Assembly: GCA_041567895.1 (NCBI GenBank)
Contig: JBFGAX010000002.1
Location: 26,152 to 90,151, forward strand
Length of the DNA stretch: 64,000 nucleotides
Source: Acidimicrobiia bacterium
GTDB lineage: Bacteria > Actinomycetota > Acidimicrobiia > Spongiisociales > SHLN01
Direction: 5' to 3'
In this document: positions 38,191 to 47,810 of the stretch, piece by piece
Layout of the letters: the number at the start of each line of letters is the position of its first letter
Numbering within the stretch: the first letter of the stretch is position 1
Made by a program: the position numbers and the translations under genes
Notes under the pieces: model-generated
Told to the model about the DNA's origin: nothing
Databases searched by the model: none
What the model saw: only the letters and a program-made list of their open reading frames with translations

Positions 38191-39686
38191 CGTCCCACGA
38201 CAACCTGGTCGCCCTCGGCGAGTTCTCCATCAATCGGCGAAACTTCTGCTGTTCCCTCGGTTGTGAGCCCAACATCGACCTTCACGAACCGGGTTGTGCC
38301 ATCCTGGTTCTCGACCTCCACAATCGAGTCTCCATCGGCGGCGAGCGACAAGGCGGCAAGCGGTACAGCCAGCACCCTTCCCCCGGAGGAGATGACCGGA
38401 ATCGTCAGGCGCACGGAAACGTTGCGCAAATTGTCGAACTCCTCTTCCGTTGCGTCGATTGGCTCGACTTCGAAGTAATACCTCGTTGCGTCAACGCCGT
38501 TGGTTCCTGACTCGTCGGCCACGAAACTCAACACGCCATCGATTGTTTCACCGGTGTCACGGTTCTCGATCTCGACAGAGTCGCCTTCGGTCACGAGCGT
38601 CCAGCGATCCCGGGGGAGAGAACCGGTGATGACGAGATTCTGTCCGGTAACGGTCATGACAACTCCCTGCGCAAAATCGCCCCGCGCCACGGGAACGGTA
38701 TCAATCCGGCCAGGGAGACCATCAATGAAAACGATTTCGCTCAGCGGGACAGAGACACCGGTCGTGTTGCGTAGCCGGGCGAGCGTCTTGTTGGCTTCAG
38801 TGCGGCTTCTGATAGCGAGGTCGAGTGCCTCAACCAGCTGTTCGCGCTCTGGCTCGATCGCAGCCGCAGCGGCTGCCTTGGCTGCTTCAAAGCCGTTGCT
38901 CGTTGCTTCGACCTGCTGCGATGCTTCGTCAACCGCGGCCTGTAGCAGGGCCAGCTCGGTCGGACCGGTACCGGGCGGTGCGGCCGCCAATGCCTGCTCG
39001 GCTGACGCCTGAGCTGCCTGCGCGGCGGCGAAAGCCGCATAAGCAGCAATCACACCCTCGTCGAGCAGGATCGAGTCGTCGAGATCAGAAATGGCCTGGC
39101 GAGCGTCAACTACTGCGTCGTGAGCATCGGAGGCCGCAAGCTGAGCACTCTCGATGGCATCGATCTGTGACTCACCGGGTTGGGTTGCATCGAAACCGCG
39201 GGACGCGTAAAAATCGGTGACGGCGCCCTGGGTGCGCGGACCAAAAACGCCGTCTATGGGTCCCGGATCAAATCCGAGCCTGGCCAAGGACTCCTGGAGT
39301 TGGACGACATCGGAGCCTTCGGTGGCGGGGATGATCGGTCGCCACATCGGCAGATCCCCGTCGAAAACGAAGAGAGGGCGGCCGTTGACAACCAGGGCAA
39401 CGTCACCCTCGTTGATCTCGGTGCCCCGCTCGGGTGCGACTTCGATGACACCCTCCGCCGTGATGCTCACGGCGACAGGTTCTTCGAATCGGCTCGTCCC
39501 GGAGGTGATGACAGCATCCTCCAACTCGATGAACTCGACGGGCACGGTTATGAGCGAAGGTTCCGGGGGAGCGGTTTCCGCCTGTATTTCGGCAGGAGAT
39601 CGTATGCGCGATGCGAAAGCCCAGGCGACTGCCGCCGCAGCTATCGCAGCGACGACCACGAGTATCAGAACTCGACCTGGTCGCAT
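38187..39686 (-). CDS. Membrane-fusion (HlyD-like) periplasmic adaptor with peptidoglycan-binding domain
   Basis: N-terminal TM, PG_binding_1-like segment (VVQLQESLARLGFDPGPIDGVFGPRTQGAV), long Ala-rich coiled coil, C-terminal beta-barrel; overlaps the ABC ATPase start by 4 nt. Confidence 0.65.
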   Translation of the reverse strand: MRPGRVLILVVVAAIAAAAVAWAFASRIRSPAEIQAETAPPEPSLITVPVEFIELEDAVITSGTSRFEEPVAVSITAEGVIEVAPERGTEINEGDVALVVNGRPLFVFDGDLPMWRPIIPATEGSDVVQLQESLARLGFDPGPIDGVFGPRTQGAVTDFYASRGFDATQPGESQIDAIESAQLAASDAHDAVVDARQAISDLDDSILLDEGVIAAYAAFAAAQAAQASAEQALAAAPPGTGPTELALLQAAVDEASQQVEATSNGFEAAKAAAAAAIEPEREQLVEALDLAIRSRTEANKTLARLRNTTGVSVPLSEIVFIDGLPGRIDTVPVARGDFAQGVVMTVTGQNLVITGSLPRDRWTLVTEGDSVEIENRDTGETIDGVLSFVADESGTNGVDATRYYFEVEPIDATEEEFDNLRNVSVRLTIPVISSGGRVLAVPLAALSLAADGDSIVEVENQDGTTRFVKVDVGLTTEGTAEVSPIDGELAEGDQVVVGR

Positions 39687-39791
39687 GAAACTCCTCGTAG
39701 ATCTGATGTGTCTTGCTCTGTTGTGACGTTGTTCAGCCTCTGGACGTTCCTCATTCTGTCCTAGCGCCGGCGCAGACGGGCGACAATCGCA

Positions 39792-40733
39792 TCACCCGTC
39801 CGTGGCGGCGTTGCCACCAACGACGCTGTCGAGAAGTTCACGGTTCTCCTCGATGAACAGTGGTTCGAGTTCCTCTCGAACTTCTTGCTCAACCTCGTTG
39901 ACGTGTAGATCTCGACAGTCCTGATCGGCATTGGCAACGGTGATTTCTTCTGCCGCCAGGGCCTCGAGTCCGCTCGTGTCGAGGTTGGCGAAGCCGATGC
40001 TGCCGGGAGACGTGAGATCTTCGCCGGATGCAAGCAACGCGGAGAAGAGCTCCTGCTGGGCCAGGGCGGTGAATTCTTGCTCGGGTTGGCTGAGGGTGGT
40101 GTATGTGTATCCGGCCTCTGTCATGCATGTCGCCCAATCGACGGTGACATCGATGATGCGGGGATCAGCGTCGAACTGTGCTTGAAGATCCTCGAGCTTC
40201 GACTGGAGATCAAAAAGAACTTGAAAATCCCCTACAACCGACTGGGTCGCCTCGATGAGACAGCCCTCGGTGGGTATGAACTGGTCCGAGAGTTGCTCTT
40301 CGTCCAGATCCGGACCGTAGAGGGCGGTGTCGTAGGCGGCCTGTTCTTCGGGGCTCAGGGCGTCGTAGTACGGCGCATTCGGATCATCGGGTGTCTCCTG
40401 CGCGATGAACGGGGCCTCGAGCAAGACAGGAGCACCTCCATATCCGTACTGTCTTCGGAACTCCGCCGGATCGGTTGGAAACTCGTCGTCGTCGAACGTG
40501 AAGCCGGCCAGGGTTGCCGCCTGATATTCGAAGCCCTCCTGCGCCATGCACGCAACGGTGGCCTCCTCGATGAGACGATTCTGTTCTTCCTGGCTTCCGA
40601 ATCCAATGGCGCCGAAATAGTCGTCAAGCGTTTCGGGCGCAGGCATGACTTCCGACTCACTGCTACCACACGCCGAAGTTATCAGGGCGACGAAGGCGAA
40701 CAGGACGACTGCCGTGACGTGGCGAAGATTCAT
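39792..40733 (-). CDS. Hypothetical acidic lipoprotein
   Basis: Signal peptide with lipobox ITSACG; highly acidic mature protein; same strand and operon position as the ABC system. Confidence 0.55.
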   Translation of the reverse strand: MNLRHVTAVVLFAFVALITSACGSSESEVMPAPETLDDYFGAIGFGSQEEQNRLIEEATVACMAQEGFEYQAATLAGFTFDDDEFPTDPAEFRRQYGYGGAPVLLEAPFIAQETPDDPNAPYYDALSPEEQAAYDTALYGPDLDEEQLSDQFIPTEGCLIEATQSVVGDFQVLFDLQSKLEDLQAQFDADPRIIDVTVDWATCMTEAGYTYTTLSQPEQEFTALAQQELFSALLASGEDLTSPGSIGFANLDTSGLEALAAEEITVANADQDCRDLHVNEVEQEVREELEPLFIEENRELLDSVVGGNAATDG

Positions 40734-40769
40734 AGGGAGGTATTCAACTTTGTTCGCCGGTCTATCGGG

Positions 40770-43121
40770 TCACACAGGGATGTAAACCACGGCAATCTCG
40801 TCTACTGAGATGTCGTTCTTTTCCAGGCCCACCTCGACTGTCTCGAGCTCGGCGGCGACGTCCTCCCAGCGGTCCTCGATTTCGGCGACCGCTTCCATCA
40901 GATCCTGTTCCAGATCGAGCACTTCTGCCTCCTTGTCCGCCAGGTTCGACTGCGCGGTCCGCAGCCGTTCGGCCGTACGTTGACTCTGGCCTCGTCGGCG
41001 AGCTGCTCCCGACATCGAACGCTTTCGTCGACCTCCGAGGACCATGCCGAGCAAGTCAGATGCTCCCGATACCAGCTCTTCACGCTTGCGCGTATCGAGG
41101 TCGATCTCCAATTCCTGCATTCTTCGATAGTTGGTGGTGAGTTGATCTTTGGCTCGGTCGATTTTGGTTTCGAAACGCTCCTTGACCTTTGCGATCTCGG
41201 CGTCTGCTGCTTCCTCCGCAGCGCTATCGAGACGTTGTTGAAACTCGTCTTCAGTCTCACCGATTCTCGAATACAGCTTGAGTGTGGGGTTGAACATCAC
41301 AGACACTTCTGCATGCCGATAGAGATGTTCCTTGATCGCCGATTCGGCCGACGTGAAGAATTGGGCAGAATCCAGGGGAGCCTCTGACAACACGTATGTC
41401 GCACCTTCCGGAGGTTCATTGCGAAAGTCGCGTTCGTCGTAGTCGACAGCGACGGCATCTGCAGGATCGAATTGCTCGGTCAAAGGAAAGAAGATCGCTT
41501 CCCATTCCTGGTTGTGGTCCAGATCGGCACGCGTTTCGTCGAAGGTCAGATGAACCCGAACTGCGAGGGCAGGCTGCAGACGCCTGCTTTGCGGGTTGGC
41601 GTTGACTTCGCCCGCCCACGGTGCGGCAGGGTCCAGGTAGTACACGGGCACTCGCGCGATTTTGGGAGCGACGCTGGTTTCGTCATCATCGAGTGTTCGT
41701 GTTTCAGGGGCCACGGTTCCTTGCGGAATCGTCTCTATCGATTGCCGATCATCTGCTGTCAGGACACTGATCTGATCTCTCGTGAGTGGGCCGCGCAAGT
41801 AGGACATCGCCCACCGGGTCGAAAAAACCGACGGAGCGGATTCGTGCGTGTTGTGCAGCAGGAATTGGCGCTTGCCGAGGCCTGACACCATGGCGTTGAT
41901 CGCCTTGATGTCGGTTCCGCCGGCTGCCGACTCGAGGGCCTCCAAAATGCGGGCTTTGTCTCGCTCGGTCTGCAGGCGCCCGATCATCCAGGTTCCGGTA
42001 TTGGACATTGCCTTGTAATCGAGGTCAACCGGATTTTGCGTGCTCAGCACCAGACCAACGCCGAAAGCACGTGCCTGCTTCAGCATTGTCAGGATCGGCT
42101 TTTTCGATGGTGGAGACGCCGTGGGGGGTGCGAAACCGAAAACCTCATCCATGTATATGAGCGCGCGGAGGTCGGAGGCGCCAGACAGGCTGCGCATCCA
42201 GCTCACGACCTTGGACAAAAGGAGGGTAACAACGAATTGCCGTTCGTCATCGTTGAGGTGCGCCAGGTACACGACTGCTGCCCGCGGCTTATCGCCGTCG
42301 TAGAGCATCGATTCGATATCCAGGGGAGGTCCCGTCAACCACGACGCAAATGTCGGCGACGCGACAACCCCATTGAGCTGCATGGCGAGTGCTGTGCGGT
42401 CCTTCTCGGGAAAGAACGCGTCTACCTCGAAGACGCCCAGTTTTCGCAATGGCGGGTTCTGAACCTGACCTATCAGGGTCGCCAGGTCGAGGTCCTGGCC
42501 GTCGCGCCAGGCCTTGGCAACGATATTCGACAACAGGATGTGTTCTCTTCCCGAGACGGGATCCGAATCGACGCCGGCGAGAGTGAGGAGCGACGCGACG
42601 AGGCCGTCGATCTCACCGAGAATGGCTTCGCTCTCGGTCTCCCAACTCAAGTCCGGGGCCCGCAGCGATCCGAGGATGTTCACCGGAATACCGGCGCTCG
42701 AGCCCGGCGTATAAATCGAAACCGGGATGTCGCTGAGCTGTTTGATCCGATCGTGGTCAGGATCCCACGAGCCGACACCCGCTTTCCACATGTCGGATGT
42801 CTTCGCAGCCAGTTCGGAGGTGGTGATGTCATCCTGGCGCGCCTCGTCTTTACTCACCCAGGGTTCGAAGTCGGACGGCTGAAATGCTGGGAAGGTCAGC
42901 GCGAGATTCCCCATGTCGCCCTTGGGGTCGATAGCCAGAACGGGCACGCCGGACAACAGTGCCTCCTCGAGAAGAATGACGCCAAGTCCAGTTTTGCCCG
43001 AGCCTGTCATGCCGACAATGACCCCGTGGGTCGTGAGGTCTGATCGGTCGTACGCGACGCGTTCGCCGGTCGGCTCACCGTCAACCGGATTGATGATGTC
43101 TCCAAGATAAAAGTCGCTCAT
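40770..43121 (-). CDS. HerA-superfamily P-loop NTPase, DUF853 (YjgR-like), with long C-terminal coiled-coil extension
   Basis: Walker A GMTGSGKTG, conserved IDPKGD, Walker B LIYMDEVFGF, STQNPVDLD motif. Start at MSDFYLG (complement ATG 43119-43121), because the longer ORF is a shadow of manA. Confidence 0.7.
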   Translation of the reverse strand: MSDFYLGDIINPVDGEPTGERVAYDRSDLTTHGVIVGMTGSGKTGLGVILLEEALLSGVPVLAIDPKGDMGNLALTFPAFQPSDFEPWVSKDEARQDDITTSELAAKTSDMWKAGVGSWDPDHDRIKQLSDIPVSIYTPGSSAGIPVNILGSLRAPDLSWETESEAILGEIDGLVASLLTLAGVDSDPVSGREHILLSNIVAKAWRDGQDLDLATLIGQVQNPPLRKLGVFEVDAFFPEKDRTALAMQLNGVVASPTFASWLTGPPLDIESMLYDGDKPRAAVVYLAHLNDDERQFVVTLLLSKVVSWMRSLSGASDLRALIYMDEVFGFAPPTASPPSKKPILTMLKQARAFGVGLVLSTQNPVDLDYKAMSNTGTWMIGRLQTERDKARILEALESAAGGTDIKAINAMVSGLGKRQFLLHNTHESAPSVFSTRWAMSYLRGPLTRDQISVLTADDRQSIETIPQGTVAPETRTLDDDETSVAPKIARVPVYYLDPAAPWAGEVNANPQSRRLQPALAVRVHLTFDETRADLDHNQEWEAIFFPLTEQFDPADAVAVDYDERDFRNEPPEGATYVLSEAPLDSAQFFTSAESAIKEHLYRHAEVSVMFNPTLKLYSRIGETEDEFQQRLDSAAEEAADAEIAKVKERFETKIDRAKDQLTTNYRRMQELEIDLDTRKREELVSGASDLLGMVLGGRRKRSMSGAARRRGQSQRTAERLRTAQSNLADKEAEVLDLEQDLMEAVAEIEDRWEDVAAELETVEVGLEKNDISVDEIAVVYIPV

Positions 43122-43302
43122 GGAGAGCGATTGTAAGGTCTCATGAGGGGACACCCCGACCTCGGTGCTTGAATGGGATCCTCGATCTGAAAGGGTCATC
43201 GAAGAACACAGTGAAGAACACAGGTACGCATTCAGGAAGAATGACGGGCATGCCGAATTCGTTGGAGTTCGGTAACGCAAGCCGGTATGTGGGTAGCAGC
43301 GG

Positions 43303-44343
43303 TTGGATATAGACACCACATCCGGTACCGGAGATCTCGATCGACCATATCCGTTGCTTTTTGAACCGATCCTCGTCGACAAAGTCTGGGGCGGCAATCG
43401 ATTGGAGCGGCTGGGCAAGGAGCTGCCGCCCGGGGTGGCAGTCGGTGAATCCTGGGAACTCGCAGACCTCGAAGTCACCAGTCGTGGTGCGGCAGCGGGG
43501 TCGATCATCGGCAATGGCGCACTGGCAGGCAGGCCGATTCGCGAAGCGATCCATCGGTGGGGAGACGCCCTGATGGGTGGTGTGGAACTCGCCGAATGGG
43601 GAGGTTTCCCGGCGTTGGTGAAGTACCTGGATGCCACCCAGCATTTGTCGGTTCAGGTCCACCCCGATGCCGACTATGCGCTGCTCCATGAGGGAGCCGA
43701 TCTCAAATCTGAATGCTGGTATGTGATCGAGGCAGAAGCGGGTGCCACCTTGTATCTAGGTCTGGCCGAAGGCGTTGAGCCTTCTGATTTGATCGAGAGA
43801 GCTCGCACGGGGTCGGTGATCGATCTCCTTCAGGCTCACGAGGCCATTCCCGGGACGTGGTACAACGTCCCGAGCGGCACCGTTCACGCTCTAGGCGCCG
43901 GCGTCCTGGTTGCTGAAATACAGACGGCTTCCGACACGACCTTCCGCGTCTACGACTGGGCAGAAGAATACGGTCGAAGTGGACGAACCCTCCATCTCGA
44001 GGAAGCCGCGCAGTCCATACGCACGGACAGGCCCCCGCCGCCCATGGCACTGGATCCGGTCGCACGCGACGGCGTGGTTGTACGTACGCCCTTCTTCACC
44101 GTGTCCGAATTCCGGATGGAAGCCAGAGAAACCATCGAACCGACCGCGGCCGATGCGGGGTGCAGGATCCTCATGGCCACCTCCGGCTCGGTCGAGGTGC
44201 GAACAGTCGGAAACGACCCTGTGACGCTCTCGTTGGGTGATACGTGTCTCGTGCCAGCCAATTGTCTCTCGGGGCTCGAAGTCGAAGGCATCGAGGACAC
44301 CGTGTTGATCGTCGTCAGGTTCAACGACGGCGATGATCGCTGA
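43303..44343 (+). CDS. manA: Mannose-6-phosphate isomerase, class I
   Basis: YPLLFEPILVDKVWGG N-terminal PMI type I signature and cupin core with His/Glu metal ligands; TTG start. Confidence 0.8.
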   Translation: MDIDTTSGTGDLDRPYPLLFEPILVDKVWGGNRLERLGKELPPGVAVGESWELADLEVTSRGAAAGSIIGNGALAGRPIREAIHRWGDALMGGVELAEWGGFPALVKYLDATQHLSVQVHPDADYALLHEGADLKSECWYVIEAEAGATLYLGLAEGVEPSDLIERARTGSVIDLLQAHEAIPGTWYNVPSGTVHALGAGVLVAEIQTASDTTFRVYDWAEEYGRSGRTLHLEEAAQSIRTDRPPPPMALDPVARDGVVVRTPFFTVSEFRMEARETIEPTAADAGCRILMATSGSVEVRTVGNDPVTLSLGDTCLVPANCLSGLEVEGIEDTVLIVVRFNDGDDR

Positions 44344-44464
44344 ATACTTTCGACATTCAGGGAACTTTTCTGTCGCCGTTGGGTCATATCTGTGACTTCA
44401 TCGTCATGTTCTGCCGATCCGGCAGACAACACACATAGGCCTCCTCTGGAGGCCAACCGACACC

Positions 44465-44508
44465 GCAGCAGGGCTCTCTCGCAAGAGGGAGCCCTGCTGT
44501 TTGGTTTG
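44465..44508 (+). terminator. Intrinsic terminator-like hairpin
   Basis: CAGCAGGGCTCTCTC-gcaa-GAGGGAGCCCTGCTG followed by TTTGGTTTG; lies 120 nt after the manA stop and is preceded by two further hairpins. Confidence 0.5.
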
Positions 44509-44599
44509 TACCGACCAGCGTTTGGATCCCCCGATGCGTGAGGTTGGATCGTCCGATGCTCATTCTCTTGACGATTGATCGGCCACCTATTCTTCGCGG

Positions 44600-46036
44600 A
44601 TGTTTGATCTGGCAACAGCCGCAGTCGAAGGAGCGCTTGCTGCCGGCGCCACATATGCAGACGCACGAGCGATGATCACCCGGGAAGAGCGGATCGATTG
44701 TCTCAATACGGTTGTGGAGTCGCTCGACCAAACCGAAAACGCCGGTGTAGGTGTGCGAGCTCTCATTGGATCTTCCTGGGGTTTCTACGCAACGTCTGAG
44801 ACCACCGAGGCTGCTGCCCGATCTGCCGGCGAGCAGGCTTCGGCGATAGCCAGGGCGTCGGCAATGGTGCCGGGACCCCACATCGAACTCGCCGACGTTC
44901 TCGTAAGCGAGGCTCACTGGGAGAACGAGGTCGAAGAAGACCCGTTCTCGATCCCGCTTTCTGCCAAGGCCGATCTCCTCGTGGCAGCGACTGCCACGAT
45001 GGCTGAGACTGCAGGCGTTGCACTGGCCAGGGGAGAAATGGGGTTTTTCCGTACAGAGAAGTACTTCGTCTCAAGCCAGGGCCATCGGATTTCTCAGATA
45101 ATCACCGAATCGGGTGGAGGGATTTCTGCGACGGCGGTAGGTGCGAGCGAAACCCAACGGCGGTCTTATCCGCAAGCCTTCGGGCAATACGAGACATCGG
45201 GTTTCGAGACAATCCGCCGGTTCGATTTCGTCGAGAACGCTTCCAGGATTGCCGAAGAATCGGTTCAATTGCTTGCTGCTCCGCAATGCCCGCAGGGCAC
45301 GAGCGATCTCATTCTCGGATCGAGCCAGCTGGCTCTGCAGATTCACGAATCGGTGGGCCATGCCATCGAGCTCGATCGCATTCTCGGCTGGGAGGCGGCG
45401 TTCGCCGGAACTTCGTTCCTGGACCTCGAGGACCTCGGATCACTCCAGTACGGGTCGACCCTCATGAACATCACCGCAGACGCCACATTGGTCGGAGCAC
45501 TCGGTTCGTTTGGATTCGACGACGAGGGTACGCCGGCTCAGCGGGTGGATATCGTCAAGGAGGGCGTCTGGGTCGGAGTTTTGACCGGCCGTGATTCGGC
45601 GTCGATTGCCGGATTGCCGCCAGGTGGCATGGTGCGCGGGGATGGGTATAACCGGCTGCCAATGGTGAGGATGACCAACGTGGGTTTGCTGCCAGGCCCC
45701 TCTTCGCTCGAAGAGATCATCTCCGAGACCAGCGACGGCGTGTTCATGTCAGAAAATCGGTCGTGGTCGATCGACGATCGGAGGCTCAACTTTCAGTTCG
45801 GATGTGAAATTGGATGGGAAGTCAAGAATGGCAAGCTGGGTCGCATGGTTCGGAACCCGACGTACACCGGAATCACACCTCAGTTCTGGGGGTCGCTCGA
45901 CATGCTCGCCGGTGAGTCGGAAATCACTTACTGGGGTACTCCGAATTGTGGCAAGGGTCAGCCGATGCAGGTGGGCCACACCGGGCATCCGGCCGCACCT
46001 GCCCGTTTTCGCGATGTCAGGATCGGTGTTCGCTGA
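44600..46036 (+). CDS. tldD: TldD-family metalloprotease
   Basis: HESVGHAIE HExxxH motif and conserved TldD scaffold. Confidence 0.85.
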   Translation: MFDLATAAVEGALAAGATYADARAMITREERIDCLNTVVESLDQTENAGVGVRALIGSSWGFYATSETTEAAARSAGEQASAIARASAMVPGPHIELADVLVSEAHWENEVEEDPFSIPLSAKADLLVAATATMAETAGVALARGEMGFFRTEKYFVSSQGHRISQIITESGGGISATAVGASETQRRSYPQAFGQYETSGFETIRRFDFVENASRIAEESVQLLAAPQCPQGTSDLILGSSQLALQIHESVGHAIELDRILGWEAAFAGTSFLDLEDLGSLQYGSTLMNITADATLVGALGSFGFDDEGTPAQRVDIVKEGVWVGVLTGRDSASIAGLPPGGMVRGDGYNRLPMVRMTNVGLLPGPSSLEEIISETSDGVFMSENRSWSIDDRRLNFQFGCEIGWEVKNGKLGRMVRNPTYTGITPQFWGSLDMLAGESEITYWGTPNCGKGQPMQVGHTGHPAAPARFRDVRIGVR

Positions 46037-47373
46037 TGAACGAAAACAGCATTGACGAAATCGCGGAATCGGTGCTCCACCGGGTCGGTGATCGGGGGGA
46101 GGCGGCCGTGTCGGTGCAGTCGGGAACCTCCGACCTCACGAGGTTCGCCAATTCGTTCATCCATCAAAATGTTGCCGAGCGGCGCCTGCAGGTCGCCTTA
46201 GAGGTCGCGTTCGAGAATCGAGCTGCTTCGGCCTCGATTGATCGAGTCGACTCGGACAGCCTGGACCGTCTCGTCGAGCGCACCGTGCACGCTGCTCGCC
46301 TCCATACGGCTGACACCGACTGGCCAGGCCTCATCGGGCCGACCCCGATCCCGGAGGCTGCCAATTGGGACCCGGCCGTCGCCAACGCCACGCCCGACGA
46401 CCGGGCGACGCAGGTCGCCGGGTTTGTTGGAGCGGCAGCGGGGATGCGAGCAGCAGGATTCTTCGACACCGAGGCCTATGACGTGGTGTACGCCAATAAC
46501 AACGGACAGCATGCGCGTGGACGGTTCACCAGAACCTCGCTGGACGGGATTCACCAGACAGACTCTTCGGCGGGCAGAGGGCACGCGACGTCTGCACGTT
46601 GGGCCGATATCGATGCTATCGCGGTCGGCGCCGCAGCGGCCAAAACTGCGGCCATGTCGCAAAACCCCGGTGAACTTGCACCTGGCGAATATGAGGTCGT
46701 GCTGGCGCCCGAATGTGTAGCGACGATCATCGTATTCCTTGCTTTCTACGGCTTCAATGCCAAGGCCGCGATCCAGGGTCAGAGTTTCTTCGAAGCGGGT
46801 GAGATGCAGTTCGATCCACAGATCTCTCTCGTGGACGACGGCACGGATCCACGGGCTATCGGGCTCTTGTTCGACAATCAAGGGGTACCAAAGCGCCGCA
46901 ACACGCTGATCGAACGCGGCGTGAGTCGTTCGTTGAATCACGACCGGAGAACAGCCCCCAAAATGAAAACCTCCTCAACCGGAAACGCGGTCCCCGGGAG
47001 CGCCTCGTTCGGTCCGGTTGCGACCGACCTGTTCCTGGATGCCGGGCAGGCTGCCCCTCTTGACATGATCGCTGCGACCGAAAGAGGTGTGTTTGTCACA
47101 GAATTCAATTATTGCCGGATCCTCGATCCGAAGACCCAGGTGGTCACTGGTCTCACGCGCAATGGCACGTTTTTGATCGAGAATGGCGAGCTGGCCGGTC
47201 CGGTGTCCAACCTTCGATTCACCCAGTCGTTTGTCGACGCACTCCAACCGGGTCAGGTGCTGGCGGTCGGCGACGACGACCGGTTCGCGAGAAACGAGTT
47301 CGCGGACGGCACGACCCATGTCCCGTCTTTGCACCTGGCATCCTGGAACTTCACCGGCAACGCGCAAGGCTGA
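46036..47373 (+). CDS. pmbA: TldE/PmbA-family protein
   Basis: PmbA/TldD-fold paralog lacking HExxxH; ATG overlaps the tldD stop (TGATG). Confidence 0.8.
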   Translation: MNENSIDEIAESVLHRVGDRGEAAVSVQSGTSDLTRFANSFIHQNVAERRLQVALEVAFENRAASASIDRVDSDSLDRLVERTVHAARLHTADTDWPGLIGPTPIPEAANWDPAVANATPDDRATQVAGFVGAAAGMRAAGFFDTEAYDVVYANNNGQHARGRFTRTSLDGIHQTDSSAGRGHATSARWADIDAIAVGAAAAKTAAMSQNPGELAPGEYEVVLAPECVATIIVFLAFYGFNAKAAIQGQSFFEAGEMQFDPQISLVDDGTDPRAIGLLFDNQGVPKRRNTLIERGVSRSLNHDRRTAPKMKTSSTGNAVPGSASFGPVATDLFLDAGQAAPLDMIAATERGVFVTEFNYCRILDPKTQVVTGLTRNGTFLIENGELAGPVSNLRFTQSFVDALQPGQVLAVGDDDRFARNEFADGTTHVPSLHLASWNFTGNAQG

Positions 47374-47445
47374 CGGCTCACGGCAAATTTGTTTCGTCTA
47401 CCATCTGTCCGCAAGATTGAACTTCTGAGGAGCGGAAAAACCACT

Positions 47446-47760
47446 ATGGGTTTAATGGATACGATCAAGAACATGTTCGGCGGCGCCAAAGACGCCGCCG
47501 AAGGGGCGAAGGATGTTGCGGGTGGCGCCATGTCCAAGGCGAGCGATATGGCAAGCGATGCCGTCGAAAAGGCTTCGGACATGGCCGGTAGCGCTCTCGA
47601 CAAGGCAGCCGAGAAAGTATCGGACATGGGCGGACCTGTTGCCGACATGGCCGGGGGTGCGGTTGACAAAGTCAGAGATGCAGTCGGTGGCATGTCCGAT
47701 GCGGCAGAGGCGGCCATCGAGGACGCGACGGACGGTGAAGACGCCACCGAAGGCGCATAA
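47446..47760 (+). CDS. Small Ala/Asp-rich Rv0909-like protein (antitoxin-like family), paralog 1
   Basis: MGLMDTIKNMFGG N-terminus and repeated A-x-D-x-A-x-x-K-A-x-D heptad-like units; RBS GAGGAGCGG. Confidence 0.5.
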   Translation: MGLMDTIKNMFGGAKDAAEGAKDVAGGAMSKASDMASDAVEKASDMAGSALDKAAEKVSDMGGPVADMAGGAVDKVRDAVGGMSDAAEAAIEDATDGEDATEGA

Positions 47761-47781
47761 CGACATTGGTTCGATCGACTG

Positions 47782-47810
47782 ACGGGGACCGTGTTCGGTC
47801 CCCGTTGTTG
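47782..47810 (+). terminator. Stem-loop between Rv0909-like gene and crcB (terminator or attenuator candidate)
   Basis: ACGGGGACCG-tgtt-CGGTCCCCGT followed by TGTTG. Confidence 0.35.

Noticed and set aside
42036-43043. 335-aa plus-strand ORF antisense to the DUF853 ATPase
   Set aside because: Shadow ORF with Arg-rich composition; no motifs.
43122-43637. 172-codon N-terminal extension of the DUF853 ORF (Ser/Pro-rich)
   Set aside because: This stretch overlaps the manA coding region on the opposite strand and is low-complexity. The Walker-A-containing domain begins right after MSDFYLG, so the ATG at complement 43119-43121 is the more plausible start.
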